Assembly: GCA_964541675.1 (NCBI GenBank)
Contig: CAZIPW010000008.1
Span: forward strand, 1,925 to 65,924
Direction of reading: 5' to 3'
Source: an uncultured Verrucomicrobiota bacterium
GTDB lineage: Bacteria; Verrucomicrobiota; Verrucomicrobiia; CAZIPW01
Length of the DNA stretch: 64,000 nt
Part shown: positions 48,813-57,897 of the stretch, piece after piece
Layout: the number at the start of each line of letters is the position of its first letter
Position numbering within the stretch: position 1 is the stretch's first letter
Notes under the pieces: generated by a model
Told to the model about the DNA's origin: nothing
Seen by the model: only the letters and a program-made list of their open reading frames with translations
Database searches by the model: none
Program-made: the position numbers and the translations under genes

Positions 48813-49339
48813 ACAGGCGTTTTCTCCAACTTTTCCCGCACAGTATATGGAGACTGTGTTTGCTGTATGGCGTGTCAGCCGCTTATGGCCTGAATTACGT
48901 TGCCTGGCAGAACTGTTACGATCTGTGGATGCCGCAAATCATAACAGAAAGCCGCCCAGATGCCGCCCAGCAGCATAAGCTGCCCTTTCCAGCGCCCACG
49001 GTTACGTTCGGAGCTCCATTGTACATGGTGAGTGCCCCTGTGGATCTGCAGTCGGCGCTTCTCTTCGATCAACCCTGGTTTTCCCACGAGATAGAGTCTC
49101 CCTCCAGACATTATTTTTTGCAGCTGGGAGCGAAGCCCCCGATCGAAATCCCGGCAGAGGTTTCCGAGCGAGGGCTACCGTCCTCTATATGGTGCGTCAA
49201 AACGCTTACGGATGCCTTTGTCTTTGCTTCCTGGCCAGCGGAAATGCCCGTGGAAAGTCGTAGAGCTGTGGCTGCCATTGTAAAAAAAGCCGCTCAAGGG
49301 CTTGCTTCCGGGAGCTACGAGTTGATGATCTACAGGTAG
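48809..49339 (+). CDS. Hypothetical protein (177 aa)
   Basis: Its start overlaps the preceding stop (ATGA). The track's longer version (from 48476) overlaps the previous gene out of frame. Confidence 0.4.
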   Translation: MNRRFLQLFPHSIWRLCLLYGVSAAYGLNYVAWQNCYDLWMPQIITESRPDAAQQHKLPFPAPTVTFGAPLYMVSAPVDLQSALLFDQPWFSHEIESPSRHYFLQLGAKPPIEIPAEVSERGLPSSIWCVKTLTDAFVFASWPAEMPVESRRAVAAIVKKAAQGLASGSYELMIYR

Positions 49340-49436
49340 TAATTCTTGTTTTTTGTTTTCGCCGAAAGCGCGAATAGCCCGGGCGAAATAATCGCGCTTG
49401 ACCGATGGACGGGGTTTTGTCATGATAGTAAGCTTT

Positions 49437-49637
49437 ATGGCATTGGAAATCAAACTACGCAAAGGCGAGTCGCTCGATAGAGCCCTGCGCCGCATGAAAA
49501 GAAAGCTGGAGAGAGAGAATATTATCCGCGACGTGCGCACCAAGCGCTATTACGAGAAGCCCTGTGAAGTGCGTCGCCGCAAGGAGAAGATGGCCGCTTT
49601 CTCGCTTTATCTGAAGCGCAAGCACGAGGACGTATAA
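49437..49637 (+). CDS. rpsU: 30S ribosomal protein S21
   Basis: MALEIKLRKGESLDRALRRMKRKLERENIIRDVRTKRYYEKPCEVRRRKEK matches the S21 consensus. The alternative start at 49422 cannot be excluded. Confidence 0.8.
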   Translation: MALEIKLRKGESLDRALRRMKRKLERENIIRDVRTKRYYEKPCEVRRRKEKMAAFSLYLKRKHEDV

Positions 49638-49867
49638 AAGCCCGTTTTGGCGGTGATATTGACGACTGACCCTTCAAGAGGATGGGTTTTGTATTGCTGC
49701 TAATGCCTGCCATTTCTTCATTCGCAGAGCTTGGGCATGATATTTGCTTGGGTAGGTATTCGTAAAAGTTTTGTAACCCACCTCATGGGAGAAATTTGTA
49801 AAAAAGCTTTGATTTTTATGGAATTTTACTTAATTTTTAACAAAACGGGTCGAATTACCATGCAACT

Positions 49868-50161
49868 ATGCAAATAAATGCCGCACAGTCTTCCTCGGTG
49901 AGTCCCTACGGGGCTAACACGACGCCTCTGATTAGTTCAACCACCTCTTCTTCCGACCAGGACAGTCAGACATCCTCTGCGTCTGTGGAATCTGTCAGCA
50001 GCCAGGATACCACCAGATTAAAACAAATGGTGCAAGACCTCATGTCGCAATCTGACATCAGGCCGGATGTGGTTGCTTCGCGCTCGGCCAATGACGCCCC
50101 CGTGACACCCACAGATAGCCAGCTGGCGTCTTTTATAAGATCTTTGCGTACGGAAGTATGA
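49868..50161 (+). CDS. Ser/Thr-rich small protein, possible FlgM-like anti-sigma factor (tentative)
   Basis: 97 aa with a disordered S/T-rich N-terminal half and a helical C-terminal half. It sits directly upstream of fliS. The assignment rests on size, composition and context. Confidence 0.35.
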   Translation: MQINAAQSSSVSPYGANTTPLISSTTSSSDQDSQTSSASVESVSSQDTTRLKQMVQDLMSQSDIRPDVVASRSANDAPVTPTDSQLASFIRSLRTEV

Positions 50162-50209
50162 TGTCCGGGATTAAAAATTGCCATTGTCCTGCAGACTTGC
50201 TGTGTTCGC

Positions 50210-50731
50210 ATGAATAAGAATCGCTTCACTCAATCCTATACCGGGTCTTCTCTGAATACCGCCAGCCCCGCGCAGATTACTCTCATGCTGTTTGACGGAG
50301 CCCTGCGGTTTATGAATGCCGCCGAGCAGGGATTTGCTCTCCAGTCGACCCAGCAGCGGATGGAAACGGTGCATAACAGTATTGTCAAGGCGCAGAATAT
50401 AGTGGCGGAGCTCCAATCGGCGCTGGACATGGAAAAGGGGGGCGAATTCTCCAAGACAATGTTCAATTTGTACGATTATATGCTCAAACAGCTGCAGGAT
50501 GCCAACATCCAAAAAGATCCGACTCCCATGAAGATCGTGCAAAAGCTCCTGAAAGAGATCCGTGATGCCTGGGATGAGATGCTCCAGAAGAACTCTGCTG
50601 AGGCAGCCGAAGCTGCCAATAAGGAGGCGGCCTCCCACGAGAACGGCGCGGCGGAGAAAAATACCGAGGACAGCTCAGACTCCGAAGACTCGCAGAACAA
50701 GATCGGCGGCAGTCTGAATACCAGCGCATAA
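50210..50731 (+). CDS. fliS: Flagellar export chaperone FliS
   Basis: ...SPAQITLMLFDGALRFMNAAEQ... matches the FliS N-terminal motif (ASP.qLi.MLYdGa). An acidic C-terminal tail follows. Confidence 0.65.
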   Translation: MNKNRFTQSYTGSSLNTASPAQITLMLFDGALRFMNAAEQGFALQSTQQRMETVHNSIVKAQNIVAELQSALDMEKGGEFSKTMFNLYDYMLKQLQDANIQKDPTPMKIVQKLLKEIRDAWDEMLQKNSAEAAEAANKEAASHENGAAEKNTEDSSDSEDSQNKIGGSLNTSA

Positions 50732-50760
50732 GTTCTCAATATGTCTGGCACGCGCCCTGC

Positions 50761-51141
50761 TTGCAAACAGGGATGCTTCCGCAGGAGAAATTTCATGTAC
50801 TTCTTGTAGAACTGGAAAAGTTCTATGGAGATGATATTGTGGCGCTTACCCACGATAACTGGGCGCTCCTGCGTGCTCTCTCGATAAAGAAGCTCCGTCA
50901 TCTGAACGCTCTGCAATGCCTGGCGCCCCAGGTGGATCGAAACGCCGAAACGAAAATGCTCTTGAGAATTCGCGAGCGTTCGAGGCAAGCCAGAGAGCTT
51001 TTGGAGAAAAAATATCTTGAGACAAAGGGGCGGTTGGACAAGTTAAAAAACTGTCGTTTCAAGATCAGAAGTGTCAAGACGTACCTCAAAACGAGTAAAA
51101 AGAATCGCAAAGACAGCCCGGTTGGTACGAACTATGCTTAA
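50761..51141 (+). CDS. Hypothetical helical protein in flagellar chaperone cluster
   Basis: ORF only. Basic and helical. Confidence 0.35.
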   Translation: MQTGMLPQEKFHVLLVELEKFYGDDIVALTHDNWALLRALSIKKLRHLNALQCLAPQVDRNAETKMLLRIRERSRQARELLEKKYLETKGRLDKLKNCRFKIRSVKTYLKTSKKNRKDSPVGTNYA

Positions 51142-51153
51142 AAATATTTTGTT

Positions 51154-51528
51154 ATGGACCTATACCAGCAGTACTACTCGCTCCTCAGGGGATTGGAGAA
51201 CCTCGTTGTCTGTCAGATCCATGCCATCATGGTGGACAACTATGCCGCCCTTGCGGAGGCATTACGCCGCAAACAGGCGATACTCGAAGAGCTGACTGCT
51301 CTCAAGGGCAGCGTGGACTCGCAAAGCCAGTTGGCACTGGAGATCCTTCATAGGATTCAATCCAAAGAGAATGACGCCTGCCGCGCCCTGGAACTAAAAC
51401 TGGAAGAAGCACAGCGCGCCATCGAGAAGAGCCGACAGGAGGACAACACGCGCAGGCTGGAGACCGTGAGGGACGTCGTGAAGATGCACAAGTCTCATCC
51501 TGCCGCGTCTGTCGCGAAAAGCGCCTAG
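51154..51528 (+). CDS. FlgN-like flagellar chaperone (tentative)
   Basis: 124 aa. All-helical MDLYQQYYSLLRGLENLVVCQIHAIMVDNYAALAEALRRKQAILEEL resembles FlgN family N-termini. Confidence 0.4.
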   Translation: MDLYQQYYSLLRGLENLVVCQIHAIMVDNYAALAEALRRKQAILEELTALKGSVDSQSQLALEILHRIQSKENDACRALELKLEEAQRAIEKSRQEDNTRRLETVRDVVKMHKSHPAASVAKSA

Positions 51529-51531
51529 ACA

Positions 51532-53340
51532 ATGGTCAGATTCTCAAAACCCTGGATCGAGGAGGATGACATTGCCGCCGTGGTGGAGGTGATGAGAGGC
51601 ACCCATCTGACCCAGGGACCGGCAATTGGGAAGTACGAAAATGCCCTCCAGGAATTTTTGGGAGCCAGATATGCCGTTGCCGTTTCGAGCGGCACGGCCG
51701 CGCTGCATCTGGCTGTGGCCGCTGAAAATCCAGATAGCGACACATGGGGTTTTGTTCCCTCGATCACTTTCTCGGCGAGCATCAACTGTTTTTGGTACAA
51801 CGGCGTGAAGAATGTCGTCATTGTTGACGTCGATCCCGTGACGGGGCAGATGACACCGCAGACGCTGGAAGAGGCCCTCAAACGCGCCCCGCTTTGGGCC
51901 AGGAAGATCGCCATTCCGGTCTCGCTGGCGGGACTGGCGATGGATTGGGCGGCCTTTGAAGCCCTTGCAAGGCGTTATAACTGCACCCTGATAGAGGATG
52001 CAGCGCAGTCTCTGGGCGGCACCTACACGGTGGATGGCGAAACCTATCGCAGCGGGAGCGCCTCCCATACAAGCTCGGCCATTTTGAGCACCCATGCTGT
52101 CAAGCAGCTCTGCACGGGCGAGGGCGGCGCGTACGTGACCAATGATCCGCAGAAGGCCGACAAGGTGAGACTCCTTAGAAGTCACGGCATTGTCAGACCT
52201 AGCAGGGCTGGAGATCCCTATTGGTACAGCGAGCAGATAGAGTTGGGCTATCACTATCGCCTGACCGATATGCAGGCGGCCCTCGGCGCAAGCCAGCTAA
52301 AAAAGCTTGACGCCCGCCGCCAGATAAGGGAGCGCATAGCCGCCTATTATGACGGGGAGTTCTCCAAAGCGGAGTTCCTGGGCCGGGTCACTCCCGTTCC
52401 CAGTAGAACGGGACACGCCTATCATCTTTATCTGGTGCACCTCAGCGACGAGGTGACCCGCAACGCCTGCATCGATTATTGCAAAGAACACGGATACTCG
52501 CTCAAGGTCAATCACGAGCCGCTCAGCCATATGCCCTATCACTCGCAGCGCGCGATGTTCGGCGGGCTGCCAGGGACTGAGGCCTACTACAAAACCTGTC
52601 TGACTTTGGCCATTTATCCGCAGATGACATTTGATGAGATGCGTGGTATGGTAGAGGTTTTAAGGGAATTCTTTATGACGCGTCGGAATAAAACCCAGAC
52701 AGTCACAGTCGACAGCGCAACGGTTCAAGCCTCCACTTCTTTGCAGACACGCAAAGGGCTTCGCGTGGCGCTCACGGGGGGCATGGCCTGCGGCAAGACG
52801 ACGATCTTTACGGAGCTCCAAAAGCTCGGATGGAAATCGGTCAGCATGGACGAGCTGGTGCGCAAGGTCTTTTTCAGTGACGCGGGACAGGACTATCTTG
52901 CGGCGCATTCATGTCATGCAGGAGTGCGCCCCACCAGGGATGAGCACCGCAATCGTTACTCTTCCAGCCCAGAATATAAAAAGTACTGGGACGATTATGT
53001 GCAAGGCCGCATCCAGTCCGAGATGATGGAAACGCTCTCTGCGGAGCCAAATGCCAACTGGGTGGTGGAGTATCCGATGCTTTTTGAGCACAATCGCCAG
53101 GGCTTTTTCGACAAAGTCGTGCTGGTGGATGCTCCCGATGAGCTATCCAAAGCCCGCTGGGTGGCAAGCGGTAGGTCTGCCGACAACTATGAGAAGAACA
53201 AGCGCTATATGATCCCGTCTTCCCAAAAGCGGCTCAGGGCCGACATTATCATCGAAAACAACGGTTCTATGGATGAGCTGAGGGCGAAAGCGGGAGAGCT
53301 GAGTGTGATGCTTGCGGGGACTGCGGCCGCCAATGCCTAG
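51532..53340 (+). CDS. Fusion protein: DegT/DnrJ/EryC1 (PseC-like) sugar aminotransferase + C-terminal dephospho-CoA-kinase-like P-loop kinase domain
   Basis: N-terminal ~390 aa: ...AVSSGTAALHLAV...STHAVKQLCTGEGG (PLP lysine). C-terminal ~200 aa: P-loop ALTGGMACGKTT plus VLVDAPDELSKARW...ADIIIENNGSMDELRA (CoaE pattern). A single continuous frame. Confidence 0.75.
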   Translation: MVRFSKPWIEEDDIAAVVEVMRGTHLTQGPAIGKYENALQEFLGARYAVAVSSGTAALHLAVAAENPDSDTWGFVPSITFSASINCFWYNGVKNVVIVDVDPVTGQMTPQTLEEALKRAPLWARKIAIPVSLAGLAMDWAAFEALARRYNCTLIEDAAQSLGGTYTVDGETYRSGSASHTSSAILSTHAVKQLCTGEGGAYVTNDPQKADKVRLLRSHGIVRPSRAGDPYWYSEQIELGYHYRLTDMQAALGASQLKKLDARRQIRERIAAYYDGEFSKAEFLGRVTPVPSRTGHAYHLYLVHLSDEVTRNACIDYCKEHGYSLKVNHEPLSHMPYHSQRAMFGGLPGTEAYYKTCLTLAIYPQMTFDEMRGMVEVLREFFMTRRNKTQTVTVDSATVQASTSLQTRKGLRVALTGGMACGKTTIFTELQKLGWKSVSMDELVRKVFFSDAGQDYLAAHSCHAGVRPTRDEHRNRYSSSPEYKKYWDDYVQGRIQSEMMETLSAEPNANWVVEYPMLFEHNRQGFFDKVVLVDAPDELSKARWVASGRSADNYEKNKRYMIPSSQKRLRADIIIENNGSMDELRAKAGELSVMLAGTAAANA

Positions 53341-53407
53341 GTAGGGCGATTCGCTCAAGTTGTGCGGGCTTGCCAAGACGCCATACCAATCAGTAGGCTC
53401 TTTTCCC

Positions 53408-54514
53408 ATGAAAACCGTCGTCTTTGCGGTCTCCTACGGTCGCGGAATGGGCACGGGGAGCCTGATGCGCGAGTGCACTCTCGCGTCAGCCGCCAAACGG
53501 ATGGGTTACCGTACAGTTCTTGTGGCGCAGAGGGCAGCCGAAGAGAGTTTACCAGGGAAGCTTTCGGAAAGGGTTCGCGGCTCTTTTGACGAGTGGATTG
53601 CTCCGGTTGGACTGTTTGCCACTACGGGGGAGCTGTCGGGACTCTCAGAGGTGGCAGCCGTTATCATGGACGACTATCGCCAGGCAGGAAAGCGTCCGGA
53701 GGCAATTGCTTCTCTCAAGGCCTTGGGAGGTACCTTTGCCATCGTGGATGGTATGGACGCGTTGGAATTTGAGGAGGCCGACAAGATCATCAATATCGAG
53801 CTGGGCCTCACCGATCGGGTAAAAGCTTTCCGGAACAAGCTCATTCATGGCGCGCAATATACGCTTATTCCACAGGAGTTCTTTGAAAAGATGCCTCTCA
53901 AAGAACCGCTGCCTGCCGGAAAGAGCTGCCTCTTCTATTTTGGTTCCACCGATCCCTTTAACATCTCAGCACAGGCGATCCGGTCCATAAAGGGGCTGGG
54001 CTATGTACCGATTCTCTTTGCCTCCAAAAGCTCTCCATATACGGCCTCCCTGCAAGAGGCACTGTATGGCTTTGATGACTATTTGTGGATAGACAGTCGT
54101 TTGACCCGTGGGCAGATGAACACCCTGTGGGGGAGTGTGAGCGTCGGCGTGATGGGGCCAGCCAGCAATGCCGCGCGTTATGCGCTTCATAACCGCTGCC
54201 CGATCATTGGAATACCCACCAATCCAACGCTTCTGACCAATACGCTCGCCCTGAAAGAAATGGGATTGCCGATTGTCATGCTGGACAAAGCCAGAGTAGA
54301 GGCGAACTACGGAAAGGATGCCGAGGTGCTCTTTCCTGAGATAAAGACAGAGCTGCCAAAGGCGCTGAAAGCTCTGGAGGCAGCGGGCTACATTGACGGA
54401 CGCCTCCCCAATAGACCGCCTTTTGACGTCCAGCTTACCGCCAAAGGCCCGGAGAATATTCTGGAGGCGCTGGGGCTGGCTTGTGTTGCGGATACTGCTA
54501 CCACAATTTTATGA
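53408..54514 (+). CDS. PseG-like / GT28-C-terminal-domain-like glycosyltransferase or nucleotide-sugar hydrolase
   Basis: N-terminal ...AVSYGRGMGTGSLMRECTLASAAKRMGY... resembles the PseG/MurG-like G-rich loop. The track start at 53360 is TTG. Confidence 0.5.
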   Translation: MKTVVFAVSYGRGMGTGSLMRECTLASAAKRMGYRTVLVAQRAAEESLPGKLSERVRGSFDEWIAPVGLFATTGELSGLSEVAAVIMDDYRQAGKRPEAIASLKALGGTFAIVDGMDALEFEEADKIINIELGLTDRVKAFRNKLIHGAQYTLIPQEFFEKMPLKEPLPAGKSCLFYFGSTDPFNISAQAIRSIKGLGYVPILFASKSSPYTASLQEALYGFDDYLWIDSRLTRGQMNTLWGSVSVGVMGPASNAARYALHNRCPIIGIPTNPTLLTNTLALKEMGLPIVMLDKARVEANYGKDAEVLFPEIKTELPKALKALEAAGYIDGRLPNRPPFDVQLTAKGPENILEALGLACVADTATTIL

Positions 54515-55260
54515 AGTACAAGAACATTCTTCGCGCGCGCTTCAAAAGCGGCATAGTGGCGGAGTTTCTTCCACCTGAGAGAAGATCGAATAAGGTTGTT
54601 ATCCTCTGCGATGGCCTGCCTACCGTGCCGGCTAAAAGGAAGCTGATACAGTTCTTTTCGCAACGAGGCTTTTGGGCCTTTCATATGCGTTATAGAGGTA
54701 CCTGGGAGAGTTCTGGGAGCTTTTTAAGAGAGCCTCCCAGTAAAGACATAGCTCTCCTGATAAAAGAGCTCAAAACTGGCTTTAAAGAGGCCTGGGGCGA
54801 TGAACGCTTCCAAATTAAAGATCCGCAGATAACAGTTCTTGGCAGCAGCTTTGGGGGCACTGCCGCCATCTTTGCCTCCCTCTTTAAGGAGGTCAGGAAA
54901 GCAGTGGCGCTCTCTCCGGGCTGTGATATCGATGAACCACTGGGACAGGAAGCCCTCAGACAGGATAGAAGGATTATAGAGAGAGCTTTTGGAGTCGCCT
55001 ATAGGTATGCTCCAAAAGACTGGAAAAAATTGGAAAGCGGGAGGTTCTTTAACCCTGCGCTTATCAAGGCAGGTATAGACCCACGCAAGCTGCTTGTCGT
55101 ACACACCAGGGATGATAGTTGCATACCGTTCAGCCAGAGTGAAGAGTTCTGCCGTCGTCATGGGCTCAATCTTGTGGCGCTCAATAAAGGGGGGCATATG
55201 TCAGCCTCAGATGTGACGCAACCGAGATTGTGGAGGAGGGTGAGCGCATTTATCAGGTAG
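54511..55260 (+). CDS. Alpha/beta hydrolase (GxSxG = GSSFGG)
   Basis: Nucleophile elbow VLGSSFGGTAA. A downstream Asp/His fits the catalytic triad. Its start overlaps the preceding stop. Confidence 0.6.
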   Translation: MKYKNILRARFKSGIVAEFLPPERRSNKVVILCDGLPTVPAKRKLIQFFSQRGFWAFHMRYRGTWESSGSFLREPPSKDIALLIKELKTGFKEAWGDERFQIKDPQITVLGSSFGGTAAIFASLFKEVRKAVALSPGCDIDEPLGQEALRQDRRIIERAFGVAYRYAPKDWKKLESGRFFNPALIKAGIDPRKLLVVHTRDDSCIPFSQSEEFCRRHGLNLVALNKGGHMSASDVTQPRLWRRVSAFIR

Positions 55261-55332
55261 GGATCTCCGCTTGTTTGCCTTCGTTCGCGTATCGGTGCCT
55301 ATAGGATATAAACGACCGAACGGCCTTTGAGA

Positions 55333-55505
55333 ATCTCGTTTTCTCGTTCATTGCATATAGAGTCCATATGTCGAACGAGAGTCGTCTCCTAGCCATTGCC
55401 TTAAAGAAATGCCAGTCAGTCTTATAATCAATCATAGTATGGAACGAACTCACTACTGTTCGTTCATACTATTGTATGTATAGGGTATGAACGAGAAAAC
55501 GAGAG
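55333..55505. repeat. 173-bp segment bounded by perfect 18-bp inverted repeats (MITE-like or invertible-segment candidate)
   Basis: CTCTCGTTTTCTCGTTCA-like arm at 55333-55350 and its exact reverse complement TGAACGAGAAAACGAGAG at 55488-55505. The interior contains TTAAAG-16nt-TATAAT and a 15-bp palindrome. A third copy of the arm lies at 55953-55970. Confidence 0.6.
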
Positions 55506-56046
55506 CAAATCCGCGTATAACAGTTTGATATACAGCAGGTTGCGAGATTACTTCCGTTTGTATATAGGAATCAACGAGTTAGGTGTATTTTTCATCTTTT
55601 GCCTAATATCCATCCGTCCACAAACCCTAGTAAGGTGGACGGATGGACAATAGGCAGATAATATATTATTATCTCTCCAAGTTTTTCATACCCACCATTG
55701 AAATGGATGGGCTGTACCCCCGACCCTGTTCGGGGTTGCGTCACTATCCGTGATCTTCGATCCCGCCGTGACGCCAGAGAGCATTTAGTCCTTGCCGAAA
55801 GCCATTGAGCGTCGCGGCGATCCCGAAGGCCCTGAGCCTGCCGAATGGGCGATTCATCGGGAGAGGAAAGCGCCGCCACAGCGCGTAAGCGCTACCTCAG
55901 CCCACTATTTCAATGGTGGGACTGGAAGGCTTAGAGAATAATATCCTTGTAGCTCTCGTTTTCTCGTTTATCCACTGGGGGCAGGAATATGCGAACGAGA
56001 GTCCTGCCAGACCATCGCCCTTAATTACTCTTGGATAGAGCTGGGC

Positions 56047-57096
56047 CTACTGAATGGCATGGGACTTGGCGGCTTCCGCGAATCCCTTCCGGACAATTTT
56101 GAGGTTTCCGTCGCGGCGGTCAATGATGACTCCCTCTTCCCACGTACCTGCCGAAGCGGGGAGGGGCTCTCCGTGTGCCTCAAGTCCCAGGTAGCGCAGG
56201 AACTCGCCTCCGGCTGCGTGGCAGAGCGGATAGCCGCCACCGATGCGGGGATTGAGGTCTGTAAAGGAGATTGTCTGCTCGGAGATGGGGCCTTTGCTGG
56301 GATCATGGAACACCTGGAAATTGAGCGGCCCGTAGGCCAGCGGCAGAGCTTCGGCAAGACGGGCGCCTATTTGCATGAGCACGGGGTTTTTGACGGTGAT
56401 TCCATAGCTGACCTCGCCGTCGATTGTCTCCCAGCGCTGATGGGGGACAACGGCGCGGCATTTGCCGGAGCGGTCCACGTAACAGTTGAGGGTGTACTCG
56501 TTGCCGGAGAGCTTTTGCTGAAGGATCATGCCCTGGGGTAGCGCGCGCAACTCCCCGATGTTATGGACCCAACGGGTGTTGACCGAACCACCTCCGCAGC
56601 GCTCTTTGGCAAACCAGGGAGCTGGCCCCAGAATCTCCTCGAGCGTCCCAAAGTCGTTGGCGTCGGCGAGAGCGTAGGGCGCAACGGGGAAACCATTCCG
56701 CGAGAGAAAATCATAGGAACGCTTCTTGTCGGCACAGATCTCGAGCGTTTCCAGCGAGGAGAGTGGAAGGTGGATTTCTGGATGGTCAATCGCGAACTTC
56801 CGCCACCAGATCAACTGTTGCGGGCGATGGCTGGGGACCGGGTAGATGACGTCGATCCCGTGTTTGGCGATGGCGCGTTCGATGTCCTGCGTACTGAGCC
56901 CGTAGGCGGATGACTTACTGCCATCGGGGAGCGTCTCGTAATGTTTCTCGGTCTGGTAAAACTCCGGCACAATTTCAAGGATGGCGGGATAGAAGGTGAA
57001 GGAGGAGGCCACCAATTGATCGGAGGCGGGCAAAACCGACTTGAGCAGCTCCAGCGTGGAGAGCTTTTTGCTGACGGGATTGATGAGCCAGTTCAT
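56047..57096 (-). CDS. ATP-grasp domain protein
   Basis: 349 aa. The central ...QQKLSGNEYTLNCYVDRSGKCRAVVPHQRWE... and ...NFQVFHD... fit the ATP-grasp fold. Confidence 0.55.
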   Translation of the reverse strand: MNWLINPVSKKLSTLELLKSVLPASDQLVASSFTFYPAILEIVPEFYQTEKHYETLPDGSKSSAYGLSTQDIERAIAKHGIDVIYPVPSHRPQQLIWWRKFAIDHPEIHLPLSSLETLEICADKKRSYDFLSRNGFPVAPYALADANDFGTLEEILGPAPWFAKERCGGGSVNTRWVHNIGELRALPQGMILQQKLSGNEYTLNCYVDRSGKCRAVVPHQRWETIDGEVSYGITVKNPVLMQIGARLAEALPLAYGPLNFQVFHDPSKGPISEQTISFTDLNPRIGGGYPLCHAAGGEFLRYLGLEAHGEPLPASAGTWEEGVIIDRRDGNLKIVRKGFAEAAKSHAIQ

Positions 57097-57128
57097 AGGC
57101 TTTTATGCAGCATGAAAGATACCAGATT

Positions 57129-57896
57129 TTAGGGAACAGGTTGTTCGCCCATGATTCCGGCCTTGGGCCAATCTATGATGCTTTCGGTGATATTGCCACT
57201 CCCAATGGCACCAAATTCGGTTTCACCGGAACTCAGGGGTCTTTCGAAATTGGGAGAGTGCTTGAAACGCCCATTCGGCAGCCGCTCGAAGGTTTGCAGG
57301 AGTGTTGTGATAGACATGGGGAGCTTTTTCCAGAGGGTCTCGACGGAGACTTTGGCAGGAAAGTTTATATTGTAGACTCGCCCATATAGGTAGTTTTCTT
57401 TTAGCAGTGACCGTGTACGCTCAACACAGCGGTTGAACATGATCTGCGCGGTCATATGCGTCTCAGGCAGGATGCCGTCGGCTTTCCTGGCCGAAATGGC
57501 CAACTCCCTGGGACAGGCCCAGGAGAACGCGATGGCCTTGTATCCCATCATGGAGGAAACCGTGGCCGCCCCGACCGTTCCAGACGAGATGACCATTGGC
57601 AGGCGGGTGTTGACCCCCAGATTGATGCCGCTGATGACGGCGTCAAAGGGTTTGGCGGCAAGATATGGTGCGATTCCCACGCAATCGGCAGGGGTACCGT
57701 CAACGCTCCAGCGCCTATTGCCGAGGGGAGTCGCGGCAAGCTCCCGCCCCGTTGTCTGCGCGCAGCCGATCCAGCTCTGATTTTCGGCTGGAGCCACCCC
57801 GTACACCTCGTGACCTGCCGCTTCGAGGGCGTCGCACAGGCCGCTCCATAAGAGGCTTTTTGCGCCGTCATCGTTGGTGACAAGAAGAGTGGCCAT
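57129..57896 (-). CDS. surE: 5'/3'-nucleotidase SurE
   Basis: MATLLVTNDDGAKSLLW...VVAPAENQSWIG matches the SurE N-terminus. The track's 49-codon N-terminal extension is rejected. Coordinates here may be off by 2 nt: the printed sequence appears to carry an extra TA near 57899 relative to the ORF track. Confidence 0.75.
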   Translation of the reverse strand: MATLLVTNDDGAKSLLWSGLCDALEAAGHEVYGVAPAENQSWIGCAQTTGRELAATPLGNRRWSVDGTPADCVGIAPYLAAKPFDAVISGINLGVNTRLPMVISSGTVGAATVSSMMGYKAIAFSWACPRELAISARKADGILPETHMTAQIMFNRCVERTRSLLKENYLYGRVYNINFPAKVSVETLWKKLPMSITTLLQTFERLPNGRFKHSPNFERPLSSGETEFGAIGSGNITESIIDWPKAGIMGEQPVP

Positions 57897-57897
57897 C

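Noticed and set aside
48476-49339. 287-aa ORF overlapping the ExbD-like gene out of frame
   Set aside because: The upstream 111 codons overlap 48402..48812 in another frame. Only the portion from the ATG at 48809 (ATGA overlap) is retained, at low confidence.
55592-55879. 95-aa minus-strand ORF inside the repeat-dense spacer
   Set aside because: It lies across palindromes and inverted repeats, has no RBS or start context, and has Arg-rich composition typical of GC-rich non-coding translation.
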